A stretch of 64,000 nt of DNA, from NCBI GenBank assembly GCA_963728675.1, contig CAVSLO010000065.1:732-64731 (forward strand), written 5' to 3'. This DNA comes from an uncultured Alphaproteobacteria bacterium (GTDB lineage: Bacteria > Pseudomonadota > Alphaproteobacteria > Rhizobiales > Beijerinckiaceae). The notes under the pieces were generated by a model. The model did not search any database. It was not told where the DNA came from and was given only the letters and a program-made list of their open reading frames with translations. Positions within the stretch are counted from its first letter, which is position 1, and the number at the start of each line of letters is the position of its first letter. Positions 1 to 11,677 of this stretch are shown in pieces. The position numbers and the translations under genes were made by a program.

Positions 1-667
1 ATCAGCCACGATTTCCGGACGCCGCTCGCCTCCGTTCTCGGCGCCGCGACAAGCCTGATCGACTACGGGGCCAAGCTGCCGGAGACGGCCCGTCGCGACC
101 TGCTGGTGCAGGTGAAGGACGAAGCGGAGCACCTCGACGGCATGGTGCGCAACCTGCTCGCCATGACGCGGGTCGAGGCTCACGCCCTCGAGATCAACAA
201 GGACTGGGTTGATGTACGAGAGCTGTTCGACCGCACGGCTGTCGGTCGCACGCCGGCGCGGGGCGACCCAGACCTTCGAGGTGATCGTCGAGAACCGAGC
301 TGCCCTTCGTCCCGGCCGATCCGACCCTCTTGGGCCAGGTCTGACCAACCTCGTCGGCAACGCGATGCGCTATGCCGGGCCGAAGGCGCACGTCACGCTC
401 GAAGCGAGGCGTGACGGAGCCGGCGTGCTGCTTGTCCGTGACCGACGACGGTCCAGGGATCCCTGCGAGATCCTACCCCAGGTGTTCGAGCAGGTTCGTG
501 CACGGCGCCAACCCGCGGCGATGGGGGCGAAAGCACCGGGCTCGGGCTTGCGATCGCGAAAGGGATCGTGGAGGCGCACCAGGGCGCGATCGCGGCCGAG
601 AGCCCGGTCGAGGGCGGACGCGGGACACGGATCACGGTTCGCCTGCCGCTCGCGGAGGAGCCCATGA
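1..667 (+). CDS. kdpD: KdpD-type sensor histidine kinase, C-terminal part (runs off window start; frameshifted)
   Basis: H-box [10 protein letters not shown]-box [12 protein letters not shown]1 DDGPGI, followed by a KdpE-like regulator and kup genes. Confidence 0.8.
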
Positions 668-1379
668 CCCGATGCGACCCGCGTTCTCGTCGTCGACGAC
701 GAGCCGGCGATCCATCGCTTCCTCACGCCCGGCGCTGGCGGCCAATGATTACGAGGTGATCAGCGCCGACACGGGCGGCGAGGCCCTGCGGCGCATCGCC
801 GCCGATGCACCCGACGTGGTCGTGCTCGATCTCGGGCTGCCTGACCTGGACGGCAAGGACGTGATCGCGCGGGTGCGCGAGTGGTCGGACGTGCCGATCG
901 TCGTGCTCTCGGCCCGCGACCGCGAGGGGGAGAAGATTGCCGCGCTCGATCTCGGCGCGGACGACTTCGTCAACAAGCCGTTCGGGGTTGGCGAGCTCAT
1001 GGCTCGGCTTCGGGCGGCGCTGCGCCACCGGATGCAGCGCTCCGGCGAGACGCCGGTCGTGCGGATCGGCGGGCTTGAGATCGACATCCCCCGCCGCCGC
1101 GTGACGCGCGACGGCAGGAGGTCAGGCTCACGCCGCGGGAGTTCGATCTCCTCGCCTTCCTGGCCCGCCACGCGGGCAAGGTCGTGACGCACAAGCAGAT
1201 CCTCAATGCGGTGTGGGGGCCCGCCCACGAGCAGGACACCCAGTATCTGCGGGTCTATGTCGGCCAGCTGCGGCAGAAGATTGAGCCGGACCCGTCCGAT
1301 CCGTCGCGTGATCCTGACCGAGCCCGGGATCGGCTATCGGCTGGCCGAGCCCAGCGACAGCCTCGTTCCGCCGGGATGA
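664..1379 (+). CDS. kdpE: KdpE-type OmpR-family response regulator (frameshifted)
   Basis: [58 protein letters not shown]; ATG overlaps the kdpD stop. Confidence 0.85.
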
Positions 1380-1419
1380 GCCCGCTCGGCTGACTGGGGA
1401 CCTGCTCTGGAGAGCCGCC

Positions 1420-1920
1420 ATGTGGCGCAAGCGAAATCAGGAACAGACCTCCGCATGCTTCTGTCGCGGATCGACGGCGCGCCTGAGCCGACGCGGGACC
1501 TTGTCGAAGGAATCCTGCAACACGCGTGTCCTCGGCTCGAAGTCAGCGTCGGACCCGAACGACTCTCGTCGTGCGCCTGATCGAGGCGGAGGCTTGGGTC
1601 GAACTGGGGCTCTGGCTGATCGGGTGGGAACTGCCCGACTGGGGCGTCCACCAGCTCTCCCGCGGGGACCACGCCTGGAACTGCTCGATCTGCGTCCGCG
1701 GGCTGGCGCATCAACTGGGTCGACGACATCGCCGACTTTCAGCACAGCAATCTAGCCCTGGCGATCTTCGGAGCCCTTGTCGAAGCCCAGCTCCGGAAGG
1801 TCGAGGGCATGGCTCCGAGCAACGTCACCGTCTTGAGACGGCGCGAGTCGCTCGTTCCTCAGATCGGAGCGGTCCCGGCTTGGCGCCCTGACGTGCTCGG
1901 CCTCTTCCCAGGTCACCGTG
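1420..1920 (+). CDS. Hypothetical protein upstream of kup (frameshifted)
   Basis: GGAG RBS before ATG 1420; stitched frames read [23 protein letters not shown]...[13 protein letters not shown]; boundaries uncertain. Confidence 0.45.
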
Positions 1921-3840
1921 ATGACCGCAACAGCCCAGACCGAGGCGCTCCCGCCGAGGCGACGGCGACCAACCGTCTTCCGCGCACGCCTCGGCGTTCT
2001 GGAAGCTGACGCTCGGTACGCTCGGCGTCGTCTACGGCGACATCGGCACAAGCCCACTCTACGCGTTGAAGGAGTCCCTCTCCGCCGCTGCGGCTGGAGG
2101 CGCGCTCACCCGCGAGATGGTCTTCGGCATCGTGTCGCTGATCCTGTGGGCGCTGATCGTCATCGTGACGGTCAAGTACGTGCTCTTCATCCTGCGCGCC
2201 GACAACAACGGCGAGGGCGGCACGCTGACGCTGATGGCGCTCGCCCAGCGCGCCATGGGCCACAATGTCTCGTGGTCATCCTGCTCGGGATGGCCGGCGC
2301 GGCCCTGTTCTACGGCGATGCGATCATCACGCCGGCGATCTCGGTGCTGTCGGCCGTCGAGGGACTGACTCTCGTCACGCCGGCGTTCGAGCGCTACGTC
2401 CTGCCGCTCAGCCTCGTGATCCTGATCGGCCTGTTCGCCGTGCAGAGCCACGGCACGGCGCGCGTCGCGGCCTGGTTCGGCCCGATCACGGCCGTTTGGT
2501 TTGTGCTCATGGCGCTCGGCGGGCTCCATCACATCGCGGACGAACCCGAGCATCCTGGCCGCCGATCAGCCCGACCTACGGGCTGTCGTTTCTCGTCCAT
2601 CATGGGACGGCCGGTCTGCTCGCCCTCGGGGCGGTGTTCCTGGCCGTCACGGGCGCCGAGGCGCTCTACGCCGACATGGGCCATTTCGGCCGACGCCCGA
2701 TCCAGACCGCCTGGCTCGGGCTGGTCCTGCCGTCGCTCGCCCTGAACTACCTCGGGCAGGGCGCACTGCTGCTGGCCGACCCGAGCAAGCTCGAGAACCC
2801 GTTCTTTCTGCTCTATCCGGATTGGGCGCTGCTGCCGATGGTCGGGATGGCGACCCTCGCGACCATCATCGCCAGCCAGGCCGTGATCACCGGCGCCTTC
2901 TCGCTGACCCAGCAGGCAATCCAGCTCGGGCTTCTGCCCCGATGGAGATCCGCTGGACCTCCGAGACCGAGAAGGGCCAGATCTACGTGCCGCGGATCAA
3001 CGCCCTTCTGCTCGTGGCCGTGATTTTCCTCGTCGTCACGTTCAAGTCGTCCAGCGCGCTGGCGCACGCCTACGGCATCGCCGTCACGGGCACGATGGTG
3101 GTCACGGCCGTGATGGCCTTCTTCGTGGTCTGGCGGTGCTGGCGCTGGCCGCTCTGGGCCGCGGTCGCCGTCGTGGCGCCCTTCCTCTTCGTCGACCTGA
3201 TCTTCCTGGCCGCGAATGCCCTCAAGATCCCGCAGGGCGGGTGGATGCCGCTCGTGGTCGGCGGCGTGCTCATCCTGGTGATGATGACCTGGCGCCGCGG
3301 CACGCGCATCCTGGCCGAGAAGACGCGCAAGATGGACGTTCCGCTCGATGAGCTGATCGGCATGCTGGAGAAGAGCCAACCGCATCGGGTGAAAGGGACT
3401 GCCATCTTCCTGACCAGCGAGCCGGATCGGCCCCCTCGGCGCTGCTGCACAACCTCAAGCACAACAAGATCCTGCATGAGCGAACGTGGTCGTGACGGTC
3501 ACGACCGAAGACACCCCGCGCGTCATGCCCCAGGACCGGGTCAGCGTTGAGCTCGTTGGCGCCAACTTCTGGCGGGTCAGGATGCGCTTCGGCTACATGG
3601 AAACGCCGAACATCCCGCGCGGCGCTCGCGCTGCTGCGCAAGCAGGGCTTCGCGTTCGACATTATGGCGACGTCGTTCTTCTTGAGCCGCCGCTCGATCC
3701 GCCCGGCGGTTCACTCCGCCATGCCGATTTGGCAGGACAAGCTGTTCATCGGCCTGGCCAAGACAGCGACGGACGCCACCGACTTCTTCCAGATCCCGAC
3801 CAGCCGTGTGGTCGAGGTCGGCACGCAAGTGACGGTCTGA
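1921..3840 (+). CDS. kup: Kup (KUP/HAK/KT) potassium transporter, copy 1 (frameshifted)
   Basis: [43 protein letters not shown]-terminal [10 protein letters not shown]. Confidence 0.92.
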
Positions 3841-3887
3841 ACCGCGGCCCCGGACACCTGAAGGGCCGTTCCGCGCGAGGGCAAGCC

Positions 3888-5804
3888 ATGGACACACACG
3901 TACAAGCGCCATCTCTAGGCCATCGCGGTCCGCACAGCCTGCCTCTCGTCGCAACGCTCGGGGCGCTCGGCATCGTCTACGGCGATATCGGCACCAGCCC
4001 GCTCTACGCTCTCAAGGAGGCGGTCAAGGCGGCCGGGGCGGGTGCGGCGCCCACCGCCGAGGCGATTCTCGGCGTGCTCTCGTTGATGCTCTGGGCCCTG
4101 ATCGTCGTCGTCTCGCTCAAATACGCCATCCTGATTCTGCGCGCCGACAACCGCGGCGAGGGCGGCATCATGGCGCTGCTCGCGCTGCTCCATTCCCGCG
4201 ATGCGCCCCCGCGCGGCTGGCGTGCGCTCATTCTGGTCCTCGGGCCTGTCGGGGCGGCGCTGCTCTATGGTGATGGCGCGATCACGCCGGCGATCTCCGT
4301 GCTCAGCGCCATCGAGGGTCTGAAGGTCGATGCGCCGCAGCTCGCGCCGCTGGTCGTGCCGCTCACCGTCGCGATCCTGATCGGTGCTCTTCTTCATTCA
4401 GTGGAAAGGGACGACCTTCATCGGCCGCATCTTCGGTCCGGTCATGCTGGTCTGGTTTCTGGTGCTCGCGATCCTTGGCCTCGGCGGGATCGCACTGGCG
4501 CCCGGCGTTCTGGCGGCAGCCAGCCCGATCTATGCGGTCGGCTTCGTCCTGCACACGCCTACTGAAGGTCAGCTTTGCGGTGCTCGGGGCGGTGTTCCTG
4601 GCCGTGACCGGCGGCGAGGCGATGTACGCCGACATGGGCCACTTCGGGCGGTTGCCCATCCGCCTCGCCTGGTTTGCAGTCGTGCTGCCCGGCCTCGTCG
4701 CTCAACTACTTCGGTCAGGGCGCGCTGCTGCTCACCGATCCGAGCGCGCTCGAAAACCCGTTCTATGAACTCGCGCCCGGCTGGGCGCACTACGCGCTGG
4801 TCGTTCTTGCCACGATGGCCGCGATCATCGCGTCGCAGGCCATCATCTCGGGCACGTTCTCGCTGACCCAGCAGGCGATCCAGCTCGGCTTCCTGCCCCG
4901 GGTGAGCATTCGCCATACGGCGAGCCACGAACGCGGCCAGATCTACGTGCCGCTCGTCAACTGGTTGCTCGGCGCGTTTACGACCGGAGCCGTCATCGGA
5001 TTCGGCTCATCCGAAGCGCTCGCGGGCGCATACGGAATTGCGGTCTCGCTCCTCATGGTGATCACCACCGTGCTGGCGGGGCTCGTCGCGCTGCAATGGG
5101 GGTTCAATCCGCTCGCCGTTCTGGCCGTGAACGGCTTCTTCCTGGTCATCGACCTGATTTTCTTCAGCGCCAACGTGCTCAAGCTATTCGAAGGCGGCTG
5201 GTTCCCGCTGCTTCTTGCCGGCAGCGTCGCGTTCCTCATGCTGACGTGGCGCACAGGTCAGCGACTGGTTGAACGGGCCAAGCGCCGCCTGCGGCAACCC
5301 GAAGAAGTTTTCCTGCGCAACCTTCAGGAAAACCCGCCGGTGCGCCTGCCGGGCACGGCAGCGTTCCTGACCCTGCAATGTCCGGGATGCCGGTCGCTCT
5401 CGTCCATCATCTCAAGCACAACCGCGTCCTGCACGAACGCGTGCTCCTGGTCTCCGTGGTCACGCTGGAGGAGCCCCGCGTGGAGGATGCAGAACGGGTC
5501 GAGGTTGTCCCGATCAGCGAAGCCATGAGCCGGGTTGTCCTGCGCTTCGGATTCATGGAGACGCCGGACGTCAAGCAGGGCTTGAAGCTCGCCATCGCCC
5601 AGGGTCGATTGATGGGCGTGAACCCGAGCGAGCTGACCTACTATCTTGGGCGCGAAACCATCTTGCCCACGGACGGGCCCGGGATGGTGCAATGGCGAAG
5701 AGGTGCTGTTTTCCATCCTGCACCGCAATGCCGAGCGCTCAGCCGCTTACTTCTGCGTGCCCGCGCGGCAGGTCGTCGAGATTGGCGTGGAACTTGAAAT
5801 CTAG
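3888..5804 (+). CDS. kup: Kup potassium transporter, copy 2 (frameshifted)
   Basis: [37 protein letters not shown]-terminal [10 protein letters not shown]. Confidence 0.92.
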
Positions 5805-6099
5805 GCGAAGGCCTCTATCCCGAGCTGCTGTAATGCAGAGGCGCATTGGATTAATGATTAGCTTCTCGTGAACAGCGCCCTTGATGGGGTGGGAAGTTAG
5901 GCTCAATCCGAACGAACTTACGAGTGCTGCTATGACTGCTCTGAGTCAAAGTGGGCTGTTCCTGCCCACCGGCATAGGTCTGTTCGCCTGTTCCAGAGCG
6001 GCCCTTCGGCCTAGGTGTGCCAGGAGCCGACCTTCGATCGTCGTGCTCAGATGTCAGCACTCGCCTCGATGCGGACCTTCTCGCACATCGCTGCGGCCC

Positions 6100-7044
6100 T
6101 CACACAAGGACAGCACTGGGCTGTTGAACGTTCGCCCACCGTGCTGCGGCAAGCGTCTGTGTCAGGAAGGCGATCAGCGCCGTGACGCGGGCTGGCCGCG
6201 GCTCACCAGGCGGCATGACAAGATGCAGCGCGATGGGTGGTGGTGACCAGTTCGGAAGCACACGCTCCAGCCGGCCCGCTTCCAGATCGTCCCAGACCAT
6301 GAAGTCGGGCTGCAGCGCGAGGCCGAGGCCGGCCCGCAGCGCGGGCGCGAGCGCCTCGGCGTTGTTCGCCCGCATCGGACCGCTCGGCACGACCACCGCT
6401 TCCGTGCCGGCAGCGTCCGTGAACCGCCATCGGTCCGGCGTCGGGAGGTAGGCGTAGCCGAGGCAGGCATGGCGGGCGAGGTCGTCCGGGTGCTCAGGCC
6501 GGCCGTGACGGTCGAGATAGGCAGGCGCGGCCACCAGTGAGCGACGGATGGCGCAGAGCCGGCGTGCCCGCAGGGACGAGTCCGGCAGTGCCCCGATGCG
6601 CAGGCCGATGTCGAAGCCGCCGCCAACGAGATCGATCACCGCATCGGAGAGATGCAGGTCGACCGACACGGCCGGGTGCTGGCTCAGAAACTCCGGCAGC
6701 AGCGGCGCGACGTGCATTACCCCGAAGGTCATCGGCGCGGCAAGCCGAACCAGACCGCGCGGCTCCGAGGCAGCGGCGCTGGCGCGCGCCTCGGCCGCCT
6801 CGCCCTCCGCCAGGATGCGCGTGGCGTCGTCCCGGGCCGCTTGGCCTGCTTCCGTGAGGGCGAGCTTGCGCGAGGTACGGTGGAACAGCCGGGCGCCGAG
6901 GCGTACCTCCAACCGACCGACCGCCTTCGAGACCGTGCCCTTCGACAGGCCGAGGTCAGAGGCAGCCCGGCCGAACGAGCCCATCTCGACGACCTTGGCG
7001 AAGATGGCCCAAGCCTCGAAATCGGGCAGTCGCATTGAAGGCAT
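6100..7044 (-). CDS. LysR-family transcriptional regulator (CrgA/DmlR-like)
   Basis: N-terminal [17 protein letters not shown]...[15 protein letters not shown]; divergent from the downstream operon. Confidence 0.92.
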   Translation of the reverse strand: MPSMRLPDFEAWAIFAKVVEMGSFGRAASDLGLSKGTVSKAVGRLEVRLGARLFHRTSRKLALTEAGQAARDDATRILAEGEAAEARASAAASEPRGLVRLAAPMTFGVMHVAPLLPEFLSQHPAVSVDLHLSDAVIDLVGGGFDIGLRIGALPDSSLRARRLCAIRRSLVAAPAYLDRHGRPEHPDDLARHACLGYAYLPTPDRWRFTDAAGTEAVVVPSGPMRANNAEALAPALRAGLGLALQPDFMVWDDLEAGRLERVLPNWSPPPIALHLVMPPGEPRPARVTALIAFLTQTLAAARWANVQQPSAVLV

Positions 7045-7163
7045 CCTGGAAACGATGAGTTTCTATCGTTTCTGTTTTCCGGAGAGTTGGCAAGCCTCAG
7101 ATTACCTCCATCGGGAACGCGTCGCGCCGACGCCGGTGCGGCTCCCCCTTCGGGAGACATCCT

Positions 7164-8090
7164 ATGTCCGAGACCGGCCTCCACCACGTCACAGCCTTCT
7201 CCGGCCCGGCGCGCAGCAACCTTGACTTCTACACGTGCGTGCTCGGGCTGCGGCTGGTGAAGATGACCGTCAACTTCGACGACCCGGGCACCTACCATCT
7301 TTACTACGGCGACGAGACGGGCCGTCCCGGCACGATCGTGACCTTCTTTCCCATCGAGCACGCCGCCCCCGGCCGCGTCGGGGTCGGCGAGACGCTGGAG
7401 ACTGCCTTGCGAGTGCCGCGCGCCTCGATCGGCTGGTGGGCCTACCGCCTGATCGAGAAGGGCGTCCGGCACGAGGCTCGGGTGGAGGTGTTCGGCGAGC
7501 CGACCCTGCGCTTGCGCGATCCTGACGGGATGGTGCTGGCCCTGGTCGGCACCGACGAAGCCGGCGACGCGACCGGGTGGAGTGAGGGCGACGTGCCGGC
7601 CGAGCATGCGATCCGCGGCCTTCACGGCGTGACTCTGCTGCTTCGCGAGGCCGCCGCAACCGCCGCCGTGCTCACGGACGTGCTCGGTTTCCGCGAGGTG
7701 GACCGCGAGGGCTCGGCGACCCGCTACGCCGGCAACGCTGGGATGGGCAGTTTCGTGACGCTGAAGGCGGTGGGCGAGTTCCTGAAAGGCCGGCCTGGCG
7801 CCGGCTCGGTGCACCACGTCGCCTTTCGGGCCGCGGACGACGCCGCGCAGGCCGCGATGGCCGAGCGGCTCACCGCCCACGGCCTTGCCGTCACCGAGCA
7901 GCGCGACCGCCAGTACTTCCGCTCGGTCTACTTCCGCGAACCCGGTGGGGTGCTGTTCGAGATCGCCACGGATGCCCCCGGCTTTACCATCGACGAGCCT
8001 GTGGCGGCGCTCGGCCGAGGGTTGAAGCTGCCGGCCACCCTTGAGCCGTACCGGGCGCAGATCGAGGACGCGTTGCCGAAGGTCGCCTGA
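7164..8090 (+). CDS. Ring-cleaving dioxygenase / glyoxalase (MhqO/YkcA-like)
   Basis: GLHHVTA, VNFDDPGTYHLYYGD, GSVHHVAFR, DRQYFRSVYFREPGGVLFEIATD. Confidence 0.9.
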   Translation: MSETGLHHVTAFSGPARSNLDFYTCVLGLRLVKMTVNFDDPGTYHLYYGDETGRPGTIVTFFPIEHAAPGRVGVGETLETALRVPRASIGWWAYRLIEKGVRHEARVEVFGEPTLRLRDPDGMVLALVGTDEAGDATGWSEGDVPAEHAIRGLHGVTLLLREAAATAAVLTDVLGFREVDREGSATRYAGNAGMGSFVTLKAVGEFLKGRPGAGSVHHVAFRAADDAAQAAMAERLTAHGLAVTEQRDRQYFRSVYFREPGGVLFEIATDAPGFTIDEPVAALGRGLKLPATLEPYRAQIEDALPKVA

Positions 8091-8152
8091 TCGAAGGCCC
8101 CGCCCCGCGTGTGCGGGGCAGGGATCCCGCGTACCCTGCCCAGGAGGCTGCC

Positions 8153-8785
8153 ATGACCAACGAAATCCTCGGCTTCATCCACCGCTTCGAGCCCGGCCCG
8201 GACGTGGCACGGCCGCTGCTTCTCCTGCACGGGACCGGCGGGGACGAGGCCGACCTGCTGCCGCTCGGCCGGATGGTGGCGCCCGGTGCACCGCTGCTCT
8301 CCCCGCGCGGGCCGGTGCTGGAAAACGGCATGCCGCGCTTCTTCCGGCGCCTGTCGGAGGGCGTGTTCGACGAGGCGGACTTGCGCCGCCGGGCGCACGA
8401 TCTAGCGGACTTCGTCGCGGCGGCGCGCCAGCGCTACCGGTTCGGGGAGCCGGCCGCGCTCGGCTTCTCGAACGGGGCCAACATCGCCGCCGCCGTGCTC
8501 CTGCTGCGCCCCGAAGCGCTGGCGGGCGCGGTGTTGCTGCGGCCGATGGCGCCGTTCGCCGAGCCGCCACGGGTGGACCTCGCAGGGAAGGCGGTGCTGA
8601 TCCTCTCGGGCGCGGCCGACCCGATCGTGCCGGCGGAGAACGCGGGACGTCTCGCGCAGTCGCTCGCCACGGCCGGCGCTGCCGTCGAGCACAGGGTCCT
8701 GCCGGCCGGCCACCGCATGTCCCAGGCCGACGCGAGCTTGGCCAAGACCTGGATCAGCGAACGGTCGTCGCGAGTGTGTGCGTGA
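8153..8785 (+). CDS. Alpha/beta hydrolase, phospholipase/carboxylesterase (MhqD-like)
   Basis: LLLLHGTGG, ENGMPRFFRR, nucleophile motif GFSNGA. Confidence 0.9.
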   Translation: MTNEILGFIHRFEPGPDVARPLLLLHGTGGDEADLLPLGRMVAPGAPLLSPRGPVLENGMPRFFRRLSEGVFDEADLRRRAHDLADFVAAARQRYRFGEPAALGFSNGANIAAAVLLLRPEALAGAVLLRPMAPFAEPPRVDLAGKAVLILSGAADPIVPAENAGRLAQSLATAGAAVEHRVLPAGHRMSQADASLAKTWISERSSRVCA

Positions 8786-8829
8786 GCGTACGTGCGACAG
8801 ACGAAATGGATCGAACAACGGAGATGACG

Positions 8830-9477
8830 ATGAGCAAGTCCTACACCCGCCTCGACCTCGACCAAGTCGTGGTCCTCCTCGTGGACCACCAAGCCCGACT
8901 GATGTCGCTCGTGCGCGATTACGACCCCGACCGATTCAAGAACAACATGCTGGCGGTGGCCGATCTTGCGGCCTACTACCGGCTGCCGACTATCCTGACG
9001 ACGAGCTTCGAGGATGGCCCGAATGGGCCCATCATGCCGGAGCTGAAGGCGAAGTTCCCGGACGCGCCCTTCATCGCGCGACCGGGTCAGATCAACGCCT
9101 GGGACAACCCGGACTTCGTCGCGGCGGTCAAGGCCACCGGTCGCAGGCAGCTCATCATCGCGGGAGTGGTGACCGAGGTTTGCGTCGCCTTCGTCGCCTT
9201 ATCGGCGATTGCGGACGGGTTCGAGGTTTTCGCGATCACGGATGCGTCCGGCACCTTCAACGAAGCCGTGCGGGATGCCGCCTGGAACCGGATGTCGACA
9301 TCGGGCGTGCAATTGGTGAACTGGTTCGCCGTCGCCTTCGAGCTGCACCGCGACTGGCGGCGCGATGTCGAGGGTCTAGCCACGCTTTTGGGCGACCACA
9401 TCCCCGACTATCGCAACCTGATGACGAGCTACGCGGCTCCCAAGGGCGCGATCCCGCAGGCTCGGCCGGCGGCCTGA
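8830..9477 (+). CDS. ycaC: Isochorismatase-family hydrolase (YcaC-like)
   Basis: LLVDHQ, TTSFEDGPNGP, RPGQINAWDN, GVVTEVCVAF, ELHRDWRRD. Confidence 0.88.
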   Translation: MSKSYTRLDLDQVVVLLVDHQARLMSLVRDYDPDRFKNNMLAVADLAAYYRLPTILTTSFEDGPNGPIMPELKAKFPDAPFIARPGQINAWDNPDFVAAVKATGRRQLIIAGVVTEVCVAFVALSAIADGFEVFAITDASGTFNEAVRDAAWNRMSTSGVQLVNWFAVAFELHRDWRRDVEGLATLLGDHIPDYRNLMTSYAAPKGAIPQARPAA

Positions 9478-9544
9478 CAACGCACCAACGCGACGATGGT
9501 GCGTTGACTGACGCCTCATGGCCCAAAGCAGATGGAGATTGATC

Positions 9545-9777
9545 ATGGCCATGTTTACGACCAAGGACGGTACGGAGATCTATTAACAAGGATTGGGGCT
9601 CGGGGCAGCCGGTGGTGTTCAGCCACGGCTGGCCGCTGAACGGCGACGCCTGGGAAGACCAGATGCTCTTCCTCGCCCAGAACGGCTTTCGTGCGATCGC
9701 CAATGACCGGCGCGGTCATGGGCGCTCCTTCCAGCCAGCCCTGGATCGGCAATGACATGGACACCTACGCCGACGAC
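9545..9777 (+). pseudogene. 5' fragment of a non-heme chloroperoxidase/arylesterase, truncated
   Basis: [17 protein letters not shown]...DRRGHGRS...[10 protein letters not shown], then fused directly to reverse-strand integrase sequence. Confidence 0.85.
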
Positions 9778-10007
9778 AAGTGCTCGCGCCGCTTCTGCTT
9801 CGTGTGGTGGGAGGACTTGGTCCAGACACCAGGCGCTAGATCGAAGTCCGCCCGCTCGGCCTTCAGCACCTCTCCTAAGCGTGCGCCCGTGAGAAGCTGA
9901 ATCCGGACGGCGTTGCTGGTGCGCTGATTCGGGTGCTCATCCAGCGCTCGGCAGACATCGGCGTAGCTCCTCGTCCGAGGGCCAGCGATCCCGCTTCTCC
10001 TCGTCAT
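9765..10007 (-). pseudogene. Tyrosine recombinase/integrase remnant
   Basis: Box I motif LLTGARLGEVL and GVWTKSSHHTKQ; only 80 aa, lies next to a tRNA fragment. Confidence 0.75.
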
Positions 10008-10010
10008 AGC

Positions 10011-10056
10011 GCTTACCCGCTGATCTCGGGTAAGCGGAGGGTAAGCAGGAGTAAGC
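10011..10056. repeat. Candidate integrase arm-type sites
   Basis: GTAAGC at 10030, 10041 and 10051 (10-11 bp phasing) plus inverted pair GCTTACCCG (10011)/CGGGTAAGC (10027). Confidence 0.5.
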
Positions 10057-10174
10057 GAAATTCAGCGTAGGGGAGCGCAGCAGGTCAAACGAGGTCCGCT
10101 ATAGTCTCTTTCAGAGTCAATGCCTTAGAGTGGTGCAGAGTAGGCCGTCGTACCCTGTCGTAGTAGGGCCACAC

Positions 10175-10222
10175 CGACTCTTAATCAGCGGGTCCAAGGT
10201 TCGAATCTTTGTACACCCAGCA
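10175..10222 (+). tRNA. 3' half of tRNA-Lys(CTT), degenerate; attR-like direct repeat, not a functional tRNA
   Basis: GACTCTTAATC anticodon arm, GGTTCGAATC T-loop, acceptor end ACACCCAGCA; no D-arm or 5' half upstream. Confidence 0.8.
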
Positions 10223-10351
10223 ATATGATCCGTGTCGGCTTTGTCCCGACGGTGAACCGGTCCCCTCGCTTGAAAGCACCCTTGCATTCATGCCCTGTTC
10301 AAGGCGGAGGTGCACCGTAAGACGATCCGCCTCTGTGAGAAGGGTTAGACA

Positions 10352-10729
10352 ATGCGCAAGGGATTTTTAAGATACGGGCTCGCCGCAAGCATGCTGATCG
10401 GGCTTGGCCTCGGCGGCGCGGAGGCGTTGACCGCGAGACCAGCTTCGCCAGAGGCCCTTGGCCTTGACGCGTTGGCGGCCCCTGCCGCCATGTGCGGCTA
10501 CTCGTGCCGGAGTGGAGGCCGCTATATCCCGGGCCCGCCCAGCGTCTGCTATGAAGCAGGGCTCAACTTTTGCGGGTCATCGAGAGGCTGGGGCGGTCCT
10601 CCTCCGGGACGCGGGTTCTACGGACGAGGCCCCTACGGGGATGGCGCCGGGCCTTATGGACGACCTTACGGGCACGACCCCGCTCCATATGGGTACGGAC
10701 CCGGACGATGCGGGGCGGGCCTGTGCTGA
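10352..10729 (+). CDS. Secreted Cys/Gly/Pro-rich hypothetical protein
   Basis: Signal-peptide-like N-terminus, CGYSC...C...C core, GPYG-type repeats. Confidence 0.6.
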   Translation: MRKGFLRYGLAASMLIGLGLGGAEALTARPASPEALGLDALAAPAAMCGYSCRSGGRYIPGPPSVCYEAGLNFCGSSRGWGGPPPGRGFYGRGPYGDGAGPYGRPYGHDPAPYGYGPGRCGAGLC

Positions 10730-10851
10730 GAGTCCGGACGCTGTCGTTGTCCCTGTCCCGATGGCTGCCGCTCGCGGATGGACCGGACTTTGCTCCTCGT
10801 CCCGTCTCTTCCGCACCGGGTCGCAGACCAAGCTCGCACCGAAGGTAAAAA

Positions 10852-11199
10852 ATGATGTCGAAGGTCTCTCCCAAGCGTCCGGTCATTGCGGCGGCCGCCG
10901 TGCTTGCGGCCCTGGCGTCGGCAGGCGCGCCTCCCGCTGCGCAGGCGGCCGGGGGCCGCCAATCCATGGCGCAGTGCGTTTCCAGAGTGCTCTCGGGGCT
11001 TGCCCGCAGGGGAGCGCCCGAGAGCCAAGTGGGGCCGGCAGTCCTTTCGCGATGCGACCGGCCGCTGCGAGCGTCCCTCGCCGAGTCCATCAGGAGCGGC
11101 GAAGCGCCGAACTGCACGGTTGAGACATGCATGGACATGGCTCGAACCCGCACGGTCGCGGAGGCGATTGGAGCATACCGTCAGCGCTCGCGTCGCTGA
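10852..11199 (+). CDS. Secreted hypothetical protein with four Cys
   Basis: Ala-rich signal peptide ending AQA; host-like codon usage. Confidence 0.6.
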   Translation: MMSKVSPKRPVIAAAAVLAALASAGAPPAAQAAGGRQSMAQCVSRVLSGLARRGAPESQVGPAVLSRCDRPLRASLAESIRSGEAPNCTVETCMDMARTRTVAEAIGAYRQRSRR

Positions 11200-11677
11200 G
11201 CCCGGACCACCTCCCATTTCCCGCCGGAATGTGCGCTTCGGCCAAGAGGACCAGACCACGCCGAGCCGTGTCCATCCCGGCTTCGCGCTTTGGCGAGCGG
11301 CACACGAGACGCAAAATGCCTTGTTTCGCTTCCCGTTCAGCGCCGGGCGGCTTGGCGTACTTCGCAACCTCCACGCCAAGCCAGACGAGGACGACCACCC
11401 AGGCGGCGGCCATGACCGAAGCCGGGCCGACTACAAAAAACGGCCAAAATGGACCACTCCCAGCCGCACTGTCCTGCGGCGGCACAACACCATGTTCTCC
11501 CCCGTACATTCGTGACCTCGTTGGCGAACGCCTGCGAGGCCTCAACAAATCGCATGCCACAGCGGCCGCGAGTCCGGGCGGAATCGGAAACTTCAGGGCA
11601 ACCTTGGAGGGGGCAGCAGCAGAACGGCGTTAGCTGGACGCCCGAACTCAGCGCCATGCCGCCTCTTCCGCGGCCTG

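Noticed and set aside
1921-5804. Tandem kup duplication
   Set aside because: Multiple kup paralogs near kdpDE are common in Hyphomicrobiales; the copies are divergent and ordinary
10140-10222. Complete tRNA-Lys gene
   Set aside because: No D-arm or 5' acceptor strand, and the 3' end is degenerate; treated as an att remnant
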